64,000 bases of DNA. It comes from an uncultured Chloroflexia bacterium. GTDB lineage: Bacteria > Chloroflexota > Anaerolineae > B4-G1 > SLSP01. A program made the translations under genes and the position numbers. Below, piece by piece: positions 62,293-64,000 of the stretch. The notes beneath the pieces were generated by a model. That model worked only from the letters and a program-made list of their open reading frames with translations. It searched no databases and had not been told where the DNA came from. The DNA lies in NCBI GenBank assembly GCA_963751345.1, contig CAVVUS010000022.1:162970-226969 (forward strand), read 5' to 3'. Numbering within the stretch: the stretch's first letter is position 1; each line of letters opens with the position of its first letter.

Positions 62293-62380
62293 CACTTCCT
62301 CCTCTGCATAGGGAATCCCGGTACTTTACACACATAGTACGTGCCTGCGACGATCAAGTCGCAACATACGCCCTCGCCGC

Positions 62381-63118
62381 TCACAGGATCCACTTCCGGT
62401 GGATATTCCGCAGGCTGACCCAGAAGAGCAGAAGACAGAAGGCCGCGATCACCGCGAAGTCCAGTCCGACCGGCAGGACATTTGCCCCACGAATCGCGCC
62501 GTGGAGGATGTCGACGCCATAGGTCAGGGGCAGCAGATAGGACAACGGGCGCAAGAAGACCGGGAGTGACGAAACCGGGAAGAAGAGGCCGCAGAGGAAG
62601 ATCATGGGAAAGCGGAAGAAGTTCGAAAACGTCTGCGCCTCGAAGACCTCGGTGACCGACACCGCGATGAAGAGGCCAAGAAATGCGGAGACCACCGCTA
62701 TCATCACGACCGCGGGAACGACGGCAATCCAGACGACCCCGGAGAGGTCGGTGAGGAACAACGAGAGCACAATCGGGACGAAGGCATTGACCGTGCCGAA
62801 GAGGATGGCCCCGCCCGTCTTGGCAGCCATCAACAGCTCCAGGGGGATGGGAGCCAGAAGCAACCGGTCGAAGGAGCGACCCCGCTTCTCAAAAGTCACC
62901 GTCACCGCCAGCATCGACGTGGTGCCGAAGAGAATGGAGAGCGCAATCACGCCCGGAAGCAGGCTAAGGACGCTCTCCAGGCCGCTGCCGGACTTGATAA
63001 AGAACATCCCCGTCCAGGCCACCGGGAAGATCAGACCCCAACTGATATTGGGCGGCTTGAGATAGTAGGCGCGCATATCCTTGACCAGGATGTTCCAGAA
63101 AGCGATCCACCATCTCAC
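62381..63118 (-). CDS. ABC-2 type exporter permease
   Basis: FEKRGRSFDRLLLAP, FLCGLFFPV..LP..LRPLSYLLPLTY. Confidence 0.9.
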   Translation of the reverse strand: MRWWIAFWNILVKDMRAYYLKPPNISWGLIFPVAWTGMFFIKSGSGLESVLSLLPGVIALSILFGTTSMLAVTVTFEKRGRSFDRLLLAPIPLELLMAAKTGGAILFGTVNAFVPIVLSLFLTDLSGVVWIAVVPAVVMIAVVSAFLGLFIAVSVTEVFEAQTFSNFFRFPMIFLCGLFFPVSSLPVFLRPLSYLLPLTYGVDILHGAIRGANVLPVGLDFAVIAAFCLLLFWVSLRNIHRKWIL

Positions 63119-64000
63119 GGTCGGCCTCCCGTTCTCTCTTTCTCACTCCGCATCGCAGCCGGGTCGAGGCCGGTTATCCGGACGAAAGCCTCCTCAAGCG
63201 ACGGCGTCATGCGACGGGCTTCCGTCACTTCGGCGCCGTGGCTCTCGATGAAGCGCACGAGCGGTCCGAGGCTGATCTCCTCGGCCGACTCGATGCGAAT
63301 CTGCTCTGGCGAGATGGCCTGACACTTGAGATTGGGGAAGGCCGCCGAAAACCCGCCAATGAGGTCGTCTACCGGGGCTCGAGACGGAGATTTGCATCAC
63401 TTTCGTCGCTTGTATCGGCTGCAGGAGGTTTGGAACGGTATCCACCAGCACGATTCGCCCCTTCACGATGAACGCGATGCGCTCACAGAGCCGCTCCGCT
63501 TCCTCAATGTAGTGTGTCGTGAGGAAAATCGTCGTCCCCGCGGAATGAAGGTCAGCGATGATCTGCCGGATCTGGCGGACGCTGGCAACATCGATTCCGG
63601 TGGTAGGCTCATCAAGGAACAGAATCGGCGGCTCGTGAATGATGCCCGCGGCGAACGTCAGCTTGCGTTTCATCCCCTTGGAATACCCGGCGAACTTACG
63701 GTGGGCTGCCTCGTGCAGCCCGAAGGTCGCCAGGAGCTCGGCTGCCCGGGTCTCGCGCCGGCGCCTCGGCATACCATAGAGGGACGCGCAGAAGCAGAGG
63801 TTGTCGAAGCCCGACAGCTCAGGATAGAGATTGCTCTCATCCGGCACCACCCCGATGAGATGTTGAGCCGCCTTGGGATTTCTGTCGCACGCCAGGCCTG
63901 CGATCCGGATCGTGCCCGAATCCGGCCTGGCAAGCCCGGTGAGCATATTGATGGTGGTGGTCTTGCCCGCACCGTTGGGACCGAGGAACCCAAAGAGCTC
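63115..64000 (-). CDS. ABC exporter ATP-binding protein, 5' end outside window, frameshift near 63360
   Basis: GPNGAGKTT, YSKGMKRKL, LDEPTTGID, TTHYIEEAERLC, PSLEEAF. Confidence 0.9.

Overview
High-GC (roughly 65%, by eye) bacterial DNA with about 50 genes. Gene content and recurrent C-terminal 'YLPLVxR'-type tails suggest Chloroflexota (Anaerolineae-like); this is an inference. About 15 genes carry 1-2 bp frameshifts, consistent with uncorrected long-read assembly errors. Content: glycoside hydrolases (GH29, GH43, GH42, GH109-like, and GH127-like with a diverged internal tandem duplication); an operon with a triple-FHA ABC exporter bearing a 12-Cys extracellular insert, a B12-radical SAM enzyme and a membrane protein; a Zn-ribbon protein / Zn-ADH / DUF692 (MNIO) trio; a ~6.6 kb giant secreted modular protein; ettA; an orphan CheB-CheR-PAS plus hybrid kinase; a nucleoside uptake/salvage operon with a stand-alone V4R protein and a PNP with altered sugar/phosphate-site residues, followed by two genes carrying three phosphoesterase domains; and a cluster of secreted proteins sharing a C-terminal (Y/V)LPxxxR tail next to a TPR-BTAD regulator and a 50-aa ORF. 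Several REP/MITE-like palindromic elements occur, one inserted in frame inside the GH43 gene. No rRNA, tRNA, CRISPR array or transposase was recognised.
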